A stretch of 64,000 bases of DNA from Trichoplax adhaerens. Lineage: Eukaryota; Animalia; Placozoa. Positions 26,397-42,000 of the stretch are shown piece by piece. The notes beneath the pieces were generated by a model, which was given only the letters and a program-made list of their open reading frames with translations, did no database searches and had not been told where the DNA came from. Location of the stretch: the NCBI RefSeq assembly GCF_000150275.1, contig NW_002060946.1:925562-989561 (forward strand), written 5' to 3'. Every line of letters begins with the position of its first letter. Within the stretch, counting starts at the first letter, position 1. Both the position numbers and the translations under genes were made by a program.

Positions 26397-29300
26397 ACAC
26401 TTATTGTACTCTAACTCTAAATAAATGCAATAAAATTGTTTTTCCTAACTACATTAAATCTTTACGCGATAAAACACTATCATCTACGCTCTCAAACATT
26501 TAGAGAAGCTTGTAAATTTTAAATCATTTTCATAATATAGTAATCGAAGATAAATCTATTATTCTAAATACTGTAAGCTTTATCAATGATCATCTGTAAT
26601 ATCTAAGCTAGTAAAAATGTCGCGACTAATTTATTAGAGTAAAGATGATATAGAATTCAAGACAAAAAAAGTATGAATTGAATTGGAATATGTATGTATG
26701 TATTTATACGTATCTGTTATAAATAGATACTAAGAAAGCAGTCTCGATAATTGCTGTTGTAATTATAATATAAAAATGCTAGTTCTTTTATGAATATAGG
26801 AAATATATGTAAAAATGTGAATATGATCCGAAAATTGAAGAGCTATAGGATAGTATTCATTTTTAGAGACATGTTACTTTAGCGATAGACTTTTACTTTA
26901 AAGAAAATAGTATATCTGGATAATTTATTTAGATCAATGAAATCATATTTAACAACAAACTTAGAGTGGATAAAGGGAAGTAAAGTAAAGAAAGGAAAAA
27001 AATTGTTTAAGTTATCCTGTCATATGAAAGGGATCTTGTTCAAAGTAAAAGAATGAATAAATCAAATGAATGAACTCGATAAAAAAAATTTCAATAATAA
27101 TAAATGATGACACTGGATATATTGTGTAGCTGAAGGATTAAAATGGCAGCTTAAGCATACAATTACCGTTTACCATGAATGACATTAATAATTTTCTTCT
27201 ATTTGAATCGGAAGTTGACTAACAACTTTCAACCTTAACATGAATGTTAAATGCAGGCCACAAGGCGCAATATTGACTATAATTGTTAAGATTTATGCAT
27301 AAAATACAATGGATATTAAACTCAATATCCAACATTATACTACGCTTATGTAAAATAAATAATTTTAAATTATCTAAAAGGAACTGGTCTCAATTTTTTG
27401 TCTCGTATAGTTGTTAGTTTGTTGTTAAATGATTAACTAGTACGGTACGAGTCCAAATTATAAGTATATTAAACTAGTAATGGAAAGAAATATTAGGAAA
27501 GTATCACCGTTTTATAAACAACTTAATATGCAACGTAGAAATTGATAAAGGCGTGACAAATATTAACACGATGCTTTAGAGCAATTTTGACGCCTTAAAT
27601 TGAATTTTAAGCTAGCATTCCTTCAAACGAAACTGAACTTTCCAGCAGACAAATTATTATCCCAGGCGGGTGTCACAAAACAGCTTTGCAACAAGATAAC
27701 GCAATATACGATCAATAAGTCAATTCCTTGGCCCACGTATCAAGGAACAATATCTGCACTATCACGAACACTTTTGCTCTACTAGCAGACTACACAAAGA
27801 CTTAAACGCCTCGTATTTTACGTTAAACACTAAGTTGGAGAATTCACTTTATTTCACGATATACTGCATTTATATACTACTCCTCAATAGTTCATGAGTC
27901 ATAGTTAATACAATTAACATTGGAATCATTTACTGAATTAGACATTAATTTTAGCTACTGCTCCCTTAATGCAGACAACAGTATTTACGAACATAGACAT
28001 GTAATGACGAATACAGAATAGTCAGATTACGATATTTCCTATCACGGAACATTTCCATGATAATTTACAGTCTACCAAAGTAAATTACAATCACAATGAT
28101 TCGAATTGTAAGTAGATGATTTGCATTCATTATTATAACTATTAATTTCAGTGTGTGTATAAGTGTCACTGTCATAAAAAGTTAGTGCTATATTAAAACA
28201 CAGTATATCCAAATTAGAAGTTAACTAAATAAGGATAGGCTAACAGAATTATCCTAACATAGTTATTTCTGCTGTAATACAGTATTTAACACTGTAACAG
28301 CGGGTAAAGAGGATTGATCAACTTGAATCGAAAACTTTTAGTTTTGTCCTGAAGTAAGAAATTGCTATTTTCGTTATATGAAAGGATTATTAATTATATT
28401 TGTAGTTAAAGAAAAGGGGCCGGGCAGGAAACCTATTATAAGAAATAGTTCTATATCGATGTTGGGTCAGTGTAACTAGAAAAAAAGAAATTCAACGCTC
28501 ATCTTTTACACTATAGAAATAGGAGGGAAGGTAAAATCTCTTTACGCTTGTTATTTGTCTTTTGTACAATTTTGGCAATGCCCAATCTAAATAATGTATT
28601 ATTTATTTCTGGGGTAAAAAATTAGGACATGAAGAGGAGTTACGTAAATCTTGTATTAATTTCCGCGAAAGTTTAAAATTTTGTATTCTTTAATCCTTAA
28701 AATTAGGCTTACCTAGCACTCCTTAGGCTAATGTTATCGTTATAAATACATATGTTAGTTATGCTGATTTTATAATTATAAACCGAAGTTATACCAATAA
28801 TGTTAGCCTTGCAGTAAATGGAATAAGCGCAAAGTTATTAATTTTAATAAAGTAGAAGGAGTTTTAGATTAGATTAGATTATTTTGGATATTCTAGAAAG
28901 AAGACAATACCACTCCTATAGATGTGCAATGTACATTAGTATCGAGAAAATATATTCGCTATTTAATTTTATTTTATTTAAACAAGTTATAATTCAGTAG
29001 TATTCTATACTACGACACATCATACGTGCTGTATAGAGTATACCAGTGATTGTGAACAAAGTATATAAAATACAGCGATTTTGCTATTTTAAACGCTGGT
29101 CTTACCTCTCTATTGCAACTCTGTTGTGTTGCTCTAATTTATTGACAATTTCGACGATTTAAATAAACATATAAACATAAGTCAGTAAAATAAATTTCTA
29201 AACTTATAAATATAACTATAGATATTTTTATTATTCAGTATTTGTATTTGCATGTCGCGTTCTTTCAACTCTTAAAATATCACTTATCATTGCATTGATC

Positions 29301-32300
29301 AAGAAGTCTGTCTTGTATACTTTACCGATATATATGATTATTATGTTACTGAGCCGGCAAGGTTGAAGAGCTAATTGTAGTTGTAGGTAACGTTCTAACT
29401 ATTTTAATGTATGGGAGATATTGATAGGTAATCGGAGGGTAAATGAATTATAAAAATGATTATATATAGTCTCATAATGAATGAAATAACCGAGATTATA
29501 TTAGTTGTCTGTTGCTCTATGGTGTTCTTTTTCAAATATATATTATACACAAATATATTAAATAATCTAATGATGTCATAAAGATACTCAAACTGGGGTA
29601 TTCATAAGGCTTTATACCAAAATTGATGTTTCTTTGAATGATTTGTTATTTTGATACACTTTAGAATAAAGCTATTGCATTATTTGCAATATTTTGCATC
29701 TTTAAGAGTCAATTAATTTAATTGCAGAACTGAGGACAGATCTTTGTGGATTTAGCGCGTATTCTACTTTGATTTTCATCACATTATTTATTAAAAACTC
29801 GGATAGTAAAGAATAAATATTATGCATGACCAAAAGAAGCATTACGAACAGAACATTATCGTAGGTATCGAAAAAGCTTACATCCGCTTCAAGGAATATT
29901 ACGTCAAAGTAAAATACGCCAAAGTCTGATATTAAATTAATCAAATAGTATCTATAACATAAATAGGGTCGTGAAGAAAATACGAATTAAGAATCAAAAG
30001 TACTGTCATAAGTTTTACTTAACAGGACTCTATTCCTTCTTTCCAGACCAGCCACAAAGATAATAATATTGACGCTCTTACTCAACCTTCTAACTAATAG
30101 TGCTACAGTAATCGCAATATTCGCACGAGAGTAACTTAATACATAATGCAGCGATTAAGATGAAAGGTATTGATAGCTAGTAAATACTTGCTGGCTAATA
30201 ACTAAAAAGGTATGTTTAATACTATCACAAATTGTCTTCCTGATCCACTAAACTAGACTATTAGATTACTTATTCGCTCCACTACTACTGGAGATCTAAC
30301 GTGTAATAGTACTAGACTACTAAATTGGCACACAAGAATAAGACTGTTCTATTAGGCTAGTATAGTTATTTATTAGAATAGTGACCAATACCGTTCAGTT
30401 CCCTATCTACCAACCAACTCTCGGACTGAGCATTCGCTCGCCCTTTTATACCCTTCCACAGGATTTGTGGTGCACACTTAACAATTTTCTTATACAAGAT
30501 TTACTTGATTTCTAAATTGTAAGATAAGTCTCCATTATGATATTTACAGCTTTCTACAATACCGAACACGAAATGTATATTATTGCACTCTATTGATATT
30601 ATTATTAGCTGAAGGTTATTTTAAACCGTACAATCCGGTATTATAGCTAAGTTGTCTCTATTTTCTCTTGAATCTTAATTGACAATATATTAAATTAAGT
30701 AGCAATATTTAGTACGTATTAATTACGTATCACATGAACACGAATATGGAAAATGGCGCTAAACTTTATATCTATACGTTACTAAAAGTCCAAGATTGTT
30801 TGCGTGCTTGCTTATCACGAACAGTGGCTATTCAGCGTAATAGCAGGATTTTTACCTAACTATAGACTTTCAATGATATCTGGTATTCATAGCTTTGCTT
30901 TTGCATTTCATTATAATCACGGTACTGGTCTTCTTATACTAATTCCATAGCAATCAGCATTATAATATTACACTCATCTACGTTGAAAACTGACAGGTAT
31001 ATTAGACAGAATTAGGCGGTATTGGGATATGGGTTTTTACCAATACTTTAGCTTCAATTTTTCCGACTCTCTTCAATCTATTTTGCTATTTAACGTGCTA
31101 TTAATAAGTCTTGAATATACGAAATTTTATTACAAATTTTTATTTCATATTATACCAAATCTCTTATAGACACTGAAGAGAACAATTCATAAGCGTTGGC
31201 TATTAACTCTGTGGCTCTAAAATTTGTGATTTGTAAATGCAAGACTCGCAAGAATATTAAGAATTCATTTATGAGAAATATAGAATAACTAGGTAAGCTT
31301 TCGCGAGCTATCAGTGCTATAAACTGATTGCAGTACATCAAAACAATCAGATTGACATTTGTGTTCTATATAGCAAAGTAGAAAGCGCTGTTAATTTATG
31401 CAAATTGAGATCTTTTACAGAGAATTTATTTTATTAAACGAGATGCACCTGTAATGCCTCTTATTATTCGTACATATATTATAAAGATATAAAATTTTCT
31501 TTATATATTAATAATTTAATATCTTAACTACGAAGATAAAGACCATACAAGCAAATATAATTGTCTATCAATACAGGTATGTAGCAGAGGGTACAGTAAG
31601 CTGTTCAGGGTGATATACTACCTTGTTTTAGATTTTTATCTTAATTTACTTTATGAGGCTATAATTACTCAAGGAATTGCGATTATATTAAGGCTAAAAA
31701 TATGTATCATACATTAATAATTATAAGAATTACTATCCATTACTGTGTTGATCCCAAGTTAATTGGTGCTAAAATGTTGTAGCAAGCGTATAGTACTCTT
31801 ATTTGCTATCAGAAGATATGTGCTTAGCTGAATTTTTACAATTGACTCATGTTTTCGTCACTTATATAATAATGGCAGAGAAAAATAACTGATAGACTAT
31901 ATCTAAACTGATATATACTAATTATAGCGGAAGATTTTTTCCAAGAAACATAAATATTTAAGGAATGCACAGAAAATTATTGCAAATACTCATTTAATAT
32001 CGCTACAGCAATACAGTAAGTGTGAATAGCAAATATAAGTAGAAATAGGTTATATTAAGTTTAAACCTTTATAATGAATTGGCTGTTCCCTTGAATGGCA
32101 ATACTAAAGCAGAGTACCTTCCTTATAATATTTGTAAAAGGGAAACGTTATTACAACCAATGCAACTTTACATGTTGCATATTGCCTAGTAGAATCTTAC
32201 TCCTAATACTTTGCGCAAATCAGAATATGAGCTTGATTACTAGATTGACGTGCAGAATAAACTTTATTAGGTGTCATCGCGATGAAAACTTAACGAATAA

Positions 32301-33019
32301 GCTGAGAAATTTAATGAACAACATTTCCGTTAATAAGCTTGTGATGCAAAATTTTATTTACCTAGGCTATTACAGCATTTATGGTACTCCAATATAAAGA
32401 TAGGGGTTTCTATAGTGTTTACTTCTAAATACGGTATAGTCTATTAGTAAAAGTTAATTTCCACTAGACTGCAGCTTAACTCCTTATTCGTGTAGTCTAT
32501 AACAAATTACAATCCATACTATAGAAATCTGATTATACTCTAGTTTGATTGTATGGTAGAACTATCCTAATATAGATGTAAGATATTTTCATTAGTCATT
32601 TATGTTTTAAAAATAATTTCCTCTTGCTGTGCTTCTTACATTATAAAAGCTATCTTCACACATCCATCTCGTTAGTTAGTTTTATCAGCATACGGTAAGT
32701 TTGCTCAATTTACCTACTCGATTAGTCACACCGTATTCATGCTGTAACAGACAGGATCATTCTCCTCACATTAGCTCAAATAAAGACTACTATTTCACTA
32801 GTCATTCTCATGTAACTTAATTGTGATAGTGAAGGACACTCGATCTTTCGAAACATAATAGTTTCAGTCATCACAATTTGTTATTCAGCTAGAGTGCTAT
32901 ACAGACAGGTATTGACTATTAATAATTTATCTATTTAAGGGTACTGTTAATATAGAGTGCAGCACCTCGATAATAGATATGCAAGCATTAATTAGTAACA
33001 TTTAGTTGTTATATTGGAA

Positions 33020-33512
33020 GTATCGATAGCTAATAACTTGACTATTAAGAATACGGTTACTGTAAGGTAACATTAATCGTATTTGCCTCATTGGCTAATT
33101 CTTTGTCGTAAGTAGCAGCACTAACAAGGTCATTTAGCATAGCAATTGAAAAAGTAGAAAGAATTCGTTTATATTCGGTTGTTTTGCAGGTATCGATAGC
33201 TGATAACTTGACTGTCAAAAGACTATAAGGTATCATTAATCTCATTTGTCTCGTTGGCTGATTTTTGCCATAAATAGCAGTACTAACAAGATCATGTACC
33301 ATATTTATTAAATGAGCAGAAACAATTCGTTTATATTGGGTTGTTGTTATACTGTAGACATCGATGGCTGATAACTTGAATATTTAAGAAATCAGTTACT
33401 ATAAGGCATAATAAATCTTATTTGTCTCTTCAGCTGATGTTTTTGTCATAAATAGCAGTATTAAAAAGATAATATATCACAGCAATGGTATAGGTAGAAA
33501 GAATCTATTTAC
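33020..33512. repeat. Degenerate tandem triplication, ~170-bp unit
   Basis: Units start at ~33020, ~33190 and ~33358. Each contains atcgatRgctRataacttga ... ctRtaagg ... atttgYctc ... tagcagYaYtaa ... agaaa.aat. Confidence 0.85.
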
Positions 33513-35636
33513 TTGTTAGTATAGCCAGTTTTGGCAATTTTGCAGGAGGTTAGTGAATCCAACGAACAAGCAGCGGTAGCATTTTGCATAGCACACGATT
33601 GTGCATTGATTCAATGTTACAGCATTTTTTTATTTACTTGAAACAAAATAGAATCTAATTTTATGAAAGTCAGCGGTTGTGAAATCCGTAGTACTAGTTG
33701 CTAAGTGTATGTATTTACAGACACATTTAATCCACGGAGATGTTTTTCTGATGAGCCAGTAGTAAGTCTTCACTTTTTCCATGTAGCAATGCTTCTTTGC
33801 TAATCATAAGAAATACCTTCTCGATATAAACTAAGATTTAGCGACGAAGAACTTAAAACTGCTAAAAGGAAATGAACATCCTGATCCCACTGTCAGGCTA
33901 GTATGGTAATCTCTGACATCTCCCTATAGTGCGACTCTAAATCTTAACACTCTCATCGTCAGATGATCATAGTAAACTATGTGCCTCTCCTCAGAAAAGA
34001 CTATAAAACTCAACTTTTATTGCAAAATCAAATAATTTGAAGCGAATTTAAACAAACACTGATTAATTATCAGGACTCAAAATAATATTTTAAAAGTATG
34101 CAACTAATTATCGATTAAAAATAATGAATACTAGGTAATGGTATTATTAGCAAATACCAAGCTATATTTTCTATCAAAGCAAGACATGAATTTGTCTAAG
34201 AGAAAAGTTCACGTCACGATGTTGAAGACCACCGTCAAATATAAATGCGTTGCATTGATGGTTCCACAGTTGATAGCTTGCCGTTAGGTTATAGATTGTA
34301 AAACTAACTAATTTTCCAGCATTCTAATTATGACTTACTCGTGTTTTATGCGTGCTCTAACATATTTTAAAATAGAGTATAAATTGATACAAATTTAAGT
34401 CTAAGAATGTCTAACAGCAATGTCGTTCATTAGTTCTGTATTTCCATATATATAAGATATATACTCTATAGCTACTCGCGCATACGCGTATAGATGGAAG
34501 ATATGAAAGCGAGTTGCTTTTTACAATAAAAAGAGTTTATTATTTTATCGTTTAAGCGCAAGGGGAAGATCTATATCGTTTCTGCCGTGAAATTTAAGGA
34601 AAAAGTGCATCGTTGTCACAGGGAATTAATCTTGGTAAGTAGTTGCAGATAGGAAAGATTCAGAAAGTATCTCTGCTGCGTCTTTGTCACGAGAATATAT
34701 GTGCGTATTGGTGGCAGTTACTTCGTGATACTTCTTTTAAGATTTACGGTTTAAGAGCAAGGTATGCTCCATAGCAACTTAGCAGAAGTCTTATCGCCAC
34801 CATGACGTGCATCTTTGATATGATAGGACTAGTAAATGCACTAATACGGCATTTTTCTGAATAAGTTTATTTTGAAAAGTGAAAATTCTCACATTATGAT
34901 TCACACACTAAGTACTCCTATATCCGTTATTAATGAAATCACTACGGCTAGTCGTACACGTATAATGAAGCTGGCCTTTCTTAGGAAAGAAAGGATTTAG
35001 CACAGTAATAAGGTTCCCTTAATTATTTATGTCTATGATATTACACGACAGAGGGCCAATTGTACTCCGTCTTACAAATTACTATTGACTGAATAATATA
35101 CAATATCCGCGTAAAATACAGTACTTTGCTCATAAACCAAGGAGGATAGAATCAAACATTACATTTAATAGTAAGTAACAATGAAATACGCAAAGTAGAA
35201 CGAGCGGCACATAAATTAGTGTTAAGAAGAGGCAGATTTATACAGTCAGACTACAGCAAGTATGCATAACAAGGAATAAAGATATGCTTGATCATTTCCT
35301 TATTGTACAAGATACTAAACGGTATTCTGCCTTTCCGTACAATAAAACTAATAAAAGTAGTTTTGATTCTATACGAGGAAGTTAATCGTATCTGTTGAAT
35401 CCGTTGGTAAGCGTAAGTTTGCGACGATAGTGTAGGGTATAGGAAGTAAAGATGATAAAACTTTTTACTATTACGTGTCATATGTAATATATCAAAGTGT
35501 TATGTTTGGGTGTACTTTTACTTGCTATTGCTTAAATTTAAGCTCAAGTAATATTTTTAATATAACAGTGAATATCGTATCTAAAATCAATTGATAGTAA
35601 TTTGTTGTGTTTGCATAGTATATCGAAACACGAACG

Positions 35637-36076
35637 TTTACTTTTAATTTGATTTCAAGATCGTTTTGATGGTGATTTAGTGCGATGAAACTGAGTTGAA
35701 AGGAAAAATCTTTTAATATATTGCGTATCATTAATTACGCATGGGAATTAATTATTCATAGCTTACAAGGTGTAGTTAACTATAAAAGTAATTATTTTTT
35801 TATGAAAGCGAAATACTTCTCTTATTGATAAGTTTTAAGTATAAATAGGCTTTTAATGAAACTATTTCTTCGAAATTTACTTTAACTTAATATCAAGATC
35901 AATTTAAATGATAATTTAATACGATGAAGCTGAATTGAAAGTTAAAAACCTTTAGTGAAGTGTATAGCGCATTTTTATGCTTCGAAATTAATTATTTATA
36001 GCCTACGAGAGGTAGTTGACTGTAAAAATGATCGTTTTATTTTGCGAGAAGGAAATGCTTTCCCTATCGATAAGTT
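35637..36076. repeat. Degenerate tandem duplication, ~240-bp period
   Basis: tttactttt..tcaagatc..cgatgaaactgagttgaaag..aattaattattcatagc..gtagttaact..gataagtt (35637-35835) recurs as tttacttt..tcaagatc..cgatgaagctgaattgaaag..tttaattatttatagc..gtagttgact..gataagtt (35876-36076). Confidence 0.8.
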
Positions 36077-39000
36077 CATCGTAGCAATTGATTAAGGATT
36101 ATATACTTGTATACAAATATTCTCTAGTTTAAATTAGCTTTCAGTGGAAATAGTCACTACAGTTCGGTTCTCTTAGAGGATACGGAACCCATACTGTACG
36201 CTTAATAAGCTTATTACCAACGTATATGCTGTCATACTACATTTTTGAGATGTAAATGAGAAGAGTTGACCATATCCGAAATTTGGTAGTTATGAGACGA
36301 ACCTAATCTTTCGTAATAAAGTGAAGTTTGTAAGAAATTGTAGTTCTTGTTGTATTTTAGAGAAGACACTTTATCATATAACTGTAGTACATATAACATA
36401 ACAAAGAAATTATAGGGCAATTAATTAAATAAGATAAATTTGAAAATGCTGAAGGAGAATAAAATCAACAAATTAGCGTTTATAATAAATTCTTTAGGTC
36501 TTAAAGTTTCTACTGGCTCAGCTTGTACTCAATCATTGTGTTCAGCGGATGATCTTAGTGCAATACGATGGAAAGAAATCTAAAATTTTAACGTCATTTC
36601 TTGAATATAGCTTTCAGGATGATTTGAAAGCATTACAGTCAGTAGAAGAATATGATCTTCACTAGCCTTCCATGAACATTATACATCGCAAGGTAAATCG
36701 ATTAATACACCTTTGAATTGTAGAACGGCTTGAATGTAACCGTTGTTTTGTTCAATTTATAAGACAAATGTTATTTGCCTTGCGGGCATAAATTGATTGA
36801 CTGATCAGTAGCACACGTGTATAAATGTTGCCTATTCGTGAAGTTATCATGGAAAGTCAACAATAGTCAAGAGTGGGTAAATAAGTTGAATTGTTTTATA
36901 GAAATTAATATTGTTTGTAAGTTGAGTGGCTGGATTTTGCATAGAATCGATGTAAGTCGATTCCAATTTCTCTTTATTACGTAAAAAATATTAGTCACAG
37001 CGACTAATTAAATCTAGCAGATAATACAATAACAAGTCGGAATCTAGGATTGCTTTCATAATTTACAGCAGTGATTAATAGACTTGAGTGGATAAGAATA
37101 ACACGTTAATTTATCGAATAATTTCGTTATCGTTATTGATCTAATCATTCATGATCATATAGTTTCAATAAGACTAGTCGCTTATCGCATAAGGTAAATT
37201 GGATTGACGTCGTCAAATGATTCGACTTTCAATAGCACTATCTACATTAGAATTAGTAATCTTTTAGTGCATGGAGAAGGAAATAATTAACATCATAGCA
37301 GATGGATGTCTGCGTATAGGATTGTTTTTACGATCGCATTGTTGTCTACAATTGACCGGTTAAGAAAACAGCTTGAATGACTTTAGTTACATCTGATCAA
37401 CTGTTTTTCTATAGAGGAAATGATGCCGAAAGTCTACCAAAACTTGTTTGATGTCCTAAGTTGAGTTAAAAATAGAAAGGAAGGAAGTCGTCATAAACGT
37501 CTAGCAATTGATTATCAACAGGACCTTCATTATCGTAGATATCATAGATTCAACGAAAGATCATGAAGATGAAGACTTTAATTTATGCGTTATTAGCTTA
37601 TCCATTCTTTTCTTCCACTATTAAATTTTAATAATAGCAATTTCAAAATTGAATTTGAAATGGTAAAGGTCTAAGAGGTTGTAAAACAGATAGTTTTGTA
37701 TTACTTTTTTTAGTTTATGGCTTCTTTTCTTCATTGATTGAATGACAACGAGAATTAAATTAAATTTAATTTTATCCTACATAAGAGAATTTAATCATGT
37801 TAGTTATTTTAATCAATTTAATAATATTTCAATATGATAGCAATCATTTATTTAATCAGTGATGATAGGATTTAATTAGCGTCGAGGTGTTAGAAGTGAC
37901 AGCGAATAGGTAAAAGAAATAAGATTGCCAAGTGACAAATTAAATAGTCAACTTTCAGACTCCTGCCGTATACACGTCGTTAATAGATCATAATGAGCAC
38001 ATTTAATAGTTATGGCAATGGTATTGATGAACTAATTATCAAGTTCGTTGTTTAAACAGCTACTATTGAGTTTTGCATGTAAACGCACCATTATTATCGA
38101 CCCGGAAAAAATTGCGCAGGTTTCTAACAGTCACTTGGTCAATAATAAATAAGCAAATTATTTAAATAACCTAGTCGATTATCAAGTTGAAATATGTATA
38201 TATACAATTTTGAGTAATTATATCAGAAATTGATTATTTTAATTTATTTATATTGATCAAAATTGCCCTTTAGTTATCGCAATGGGTTAAGATAGCACAC
38301 AGTGCAGTACGATGTATCTCCTGGTGGATAGTTAGTCTTTAAGAGCTACATTGATCCATTTACGCTCAGTTAATACTGTAGAATTCTAGCATTGTTATGG
38401 TATAATGGATAATTATAATTATGGGGTCAATTTAAGATGATGTATTAACAATTTGCAACAGAAGGCGCTATAGTAATTAAAGCGGATCAGGAACGGGATA
38501 GAGTATCTCATTAATAATACTGCATTATTCAGAACACTAAATTTCCTCCTATAGACGTGAGAGGAAGTGGATGAAATCTGTTCTTTTATTTACTATTTCA
38601 TTCAATCCCATCTGTCAGTAATTGAAATAATAAAATGTTATTGATATCTTAAACAATTACAATATAGATTGATCATTAGAAAAGAGACAGACAAAGGTGA
38701 AATGAAAAATCGCTTAGTTGCCTTTTGAAGATCAATTGTAAGTTTTAAATAGAGAATCAGTCTTTACTGCATCGAGAGATTAAATTAAGAGCAAACATTG
38801 ATAATTGGAATCATTAAATCATCCGTGATTACGATGTAATTATAATTATTACTAATTAATAAGCATAGTATAAAACAGGAATAAATCCTTTCTAATTAAA
38901 ATCCGTACCGACATTAGTGTTATTACAAATTATTGTTCTAGGAAATAGTTTGGTATTTTTTTTACCTCAGAAGAGAATTTATTCCATGATTATTAGATAA

Positions 39001-42000
39001 TGTATCCATGAACTAGACTTAATTTAGGACTATATTTTTTCTCATCACATCTTGACGATTTAAATAAAAAAATCATTGAAAACCAATCAAAATTCATCCT
39101 CACTTTTAGTATTTCGTGAATATCCGAATAAATAATGACATAGAAAGTCAGCCTTTCGAAAACGACCTGCTTACAATAATTGAAAGGCAATTGAATAAAT
39201 ATCCTGGCTACTTGTTATCTTCAGGATATTGTCAGTTTAAAAAAATAATTATGATGAATAATCATGATGAAATAACGCAAATTGAACTTACTAATATGTA
39301 CAGATATTGTTGTAAATTAAAATAACAAGGTAGGCTAGTTCTATTTAGCACAATAATGTCTGACTAACTGAATTAAATGCTACAATATAATCACATATAA
39401 TGTATTTCCAAAATACAAATATAGCCGTATGAGTATCTAGGCCATAAATTAGCTATTTCTTATAATGTATATAAAAATTGGTTGATCCGATTTGTAGTTT
39501 TACTTTCATCCTAGAGGTTAACAATAAAACTTTGTGTTTGTTCGAAATCTCATAACTACTACTTCAGTCTAAAAAAATATATTATTTCTGATTCTTGCTA
39601 ACATAGTATTGTTTGAATTAAAATTAGCTTGATGATTACGATTACGTTATAAAAAGATTGACCTATCGGCTTATACTGATTTAATTTTCAATCGCAATAT
39701 TCAATTTGTTCTACTGTATTACTTTCCTTGTATGTAATTGTATCTCCTGCAAATAAACATTAACTTCAGTCTGCCAATTTTAATTCCGTACAATATAAAC
39801 GGTTTACGTCTTTCAATGGTGTAACTGTCATCTCTTTTTCTCCTTGCAAGCATCATAAGATGTGAATTTTTTAAATTAAAAAATAAACATAAATTAATTT
39901 ATTTATTAACTAAAAAAGCTTTAAGCAGAGCATCAAGATGTCTAATTTATAACGATAACGATCATTTAATTATTAAATCAATTTTTTGTGGCCAACAATA
40001 ATCCAAATTTCCTTTTTAATTGTATCGATGAAATTGAATCGAGACAGAATCCCATGCTAATAAATGAACTATGATATTAATTAACGGATTACAATTAATT
40101 TTACCCTCATTTAATTATGATATTAGTTATCATGATGACGTTAATCTATAGTGCAGAATATATTGGATATTATTTTAATATTTCTTAGTTAAAAACTGGT
40201 ATAAGTATCTATATTATTCTACTAACAAGGTTAGTAGGTAAAATAGCTATTCATTATAGATAAAAGTAAACATTCGTTTTCTTTACTGTATGCTTGATAT
40301 AATTAGCGTAGAAATTTTATAAAAATTTGTCTTTTGAATAAAATAGCAGACTATGATTACGAATAATGCTGTGATATTTTCATCAATTGTACAGTATTTG
40401 TGCTATATAAATCTGCTATGATGGACGTTTATTGAATTAAACAAGCTAAAAATTAATCGATTTTATTAGTCAAAGGTAGATAGTTAAGCTTTTATTTGTA
40501 AATGTAATATTTATGTCTCTGTATTGATCTGCTAATATAGAGCTTGACGTCCATTGAATCAGGTAAGTGGAAAAATGATCGATTTTATTAGTAAAAGCTA
40601 GAAATATGTATTATTGACGTAGAGCAATAGGTAAAGTTAAAGGTAGACAGCTAAGCTTTTATTTGTAAATCTAATATTGATGACAGTATCTAAAAACTGC
40701 TTAAGAATGATATTCCCTTGTCGGAAGCTTTCTAGCATATCCTTGGGACGGGTGCTATAGACATCGAGTCTATGTGTAATGTTATTATTCTGTTATTGTA
40801 GCCGTTTATTGTTGCTACTTTTATTCGGTTATCTTTGTATTATGGAAAAGTTGACATTTCTCTGAATGAGATCATTGCGTGATAGAAAACAATTAAATGG
40901 TAGCACTGAATTCGATACTTGTGTCGTTATTTTTTTCAAATTGTCTTGCTAATGAGAGTAGGCGGAGTAAGCTGCAAGGAAGCATAAATTGATTCGCGAG
41001 TATCATTTGCATTGATTAGTACAATAAATCAGCAGAAAGTTATTTCCAATGATATTCATTTGATATTGTTACAAATTAATTTCAATGTGCCTTGGAAATC
41101 TGGTCAAATATTTCAATTTTTTCACGTAGAACATCAGCAATTCCAAATTGGCAGAATCTGCGTAATCATGTAGGATTTTCGATACAATTCGAGCTTTAAT
41201 GACTAACATTAGCTTGATAAATTTATTTCTAGACGTATTGTCAAAGATCGTCTTACCAAGACTTTTAAAAATAGCATTTGACTCATACGTATACGCAATC
41301 GATTACTTCAACAAAAATGTTATCATATCAGTGCATCTAATTTTCGTTTCTTTTTCTTTTCTCGGATGCTTTGGGTGTCTAATTATAAGCAGAAAAGTTA
41401 ATTTTCGTTAAGGTTGATAGATTAAAGAAGAAAGATGTAAACTAAAATGTTTTTTAATTTCTTATTTTACCCTGAATTACAATGTAGTACTGTGATTTTA
41501 AAGAGATGATCGATACCGTCTTTTTTAGCAGCTAATGCTTAAATTATCATCTTCGATCTTTAACGAAAGTGAATGTTTGACTATCGTTAAGTAATTCTAA
41601 TTAAATAATTAGAGCTTCTATTTTGATCTTGTACCTTGTACTGAAGTACGATGTTGCAGAATCAAATAGGAAAGCTCACTGTTGTCGTAACAAACATACA
41701 GTAGATATTGAAATAGAGTGAAATCACATTAGTCGATATTGGCTCAATCTCAATCTAGTAGGTAGAAAGTGTACTTTTTGACCTATCCGGCTATTATCTA
41801 GTTAGTAAAAGTTAACACAACTCATTATTAAATATATTGGATAGCTCTTTATGCTGGCTATTTCTTGCAATACTTTTCCTATGCGTACCCAATGGCGTCA
41901 GGAAATAGAAAGGCAGACCTATTGAACAAGTAACCGAATGGATTTTTGTCAAGCCAACATTCATTTATGATATAACATGCAAATAACGTTAAGAGACCGA

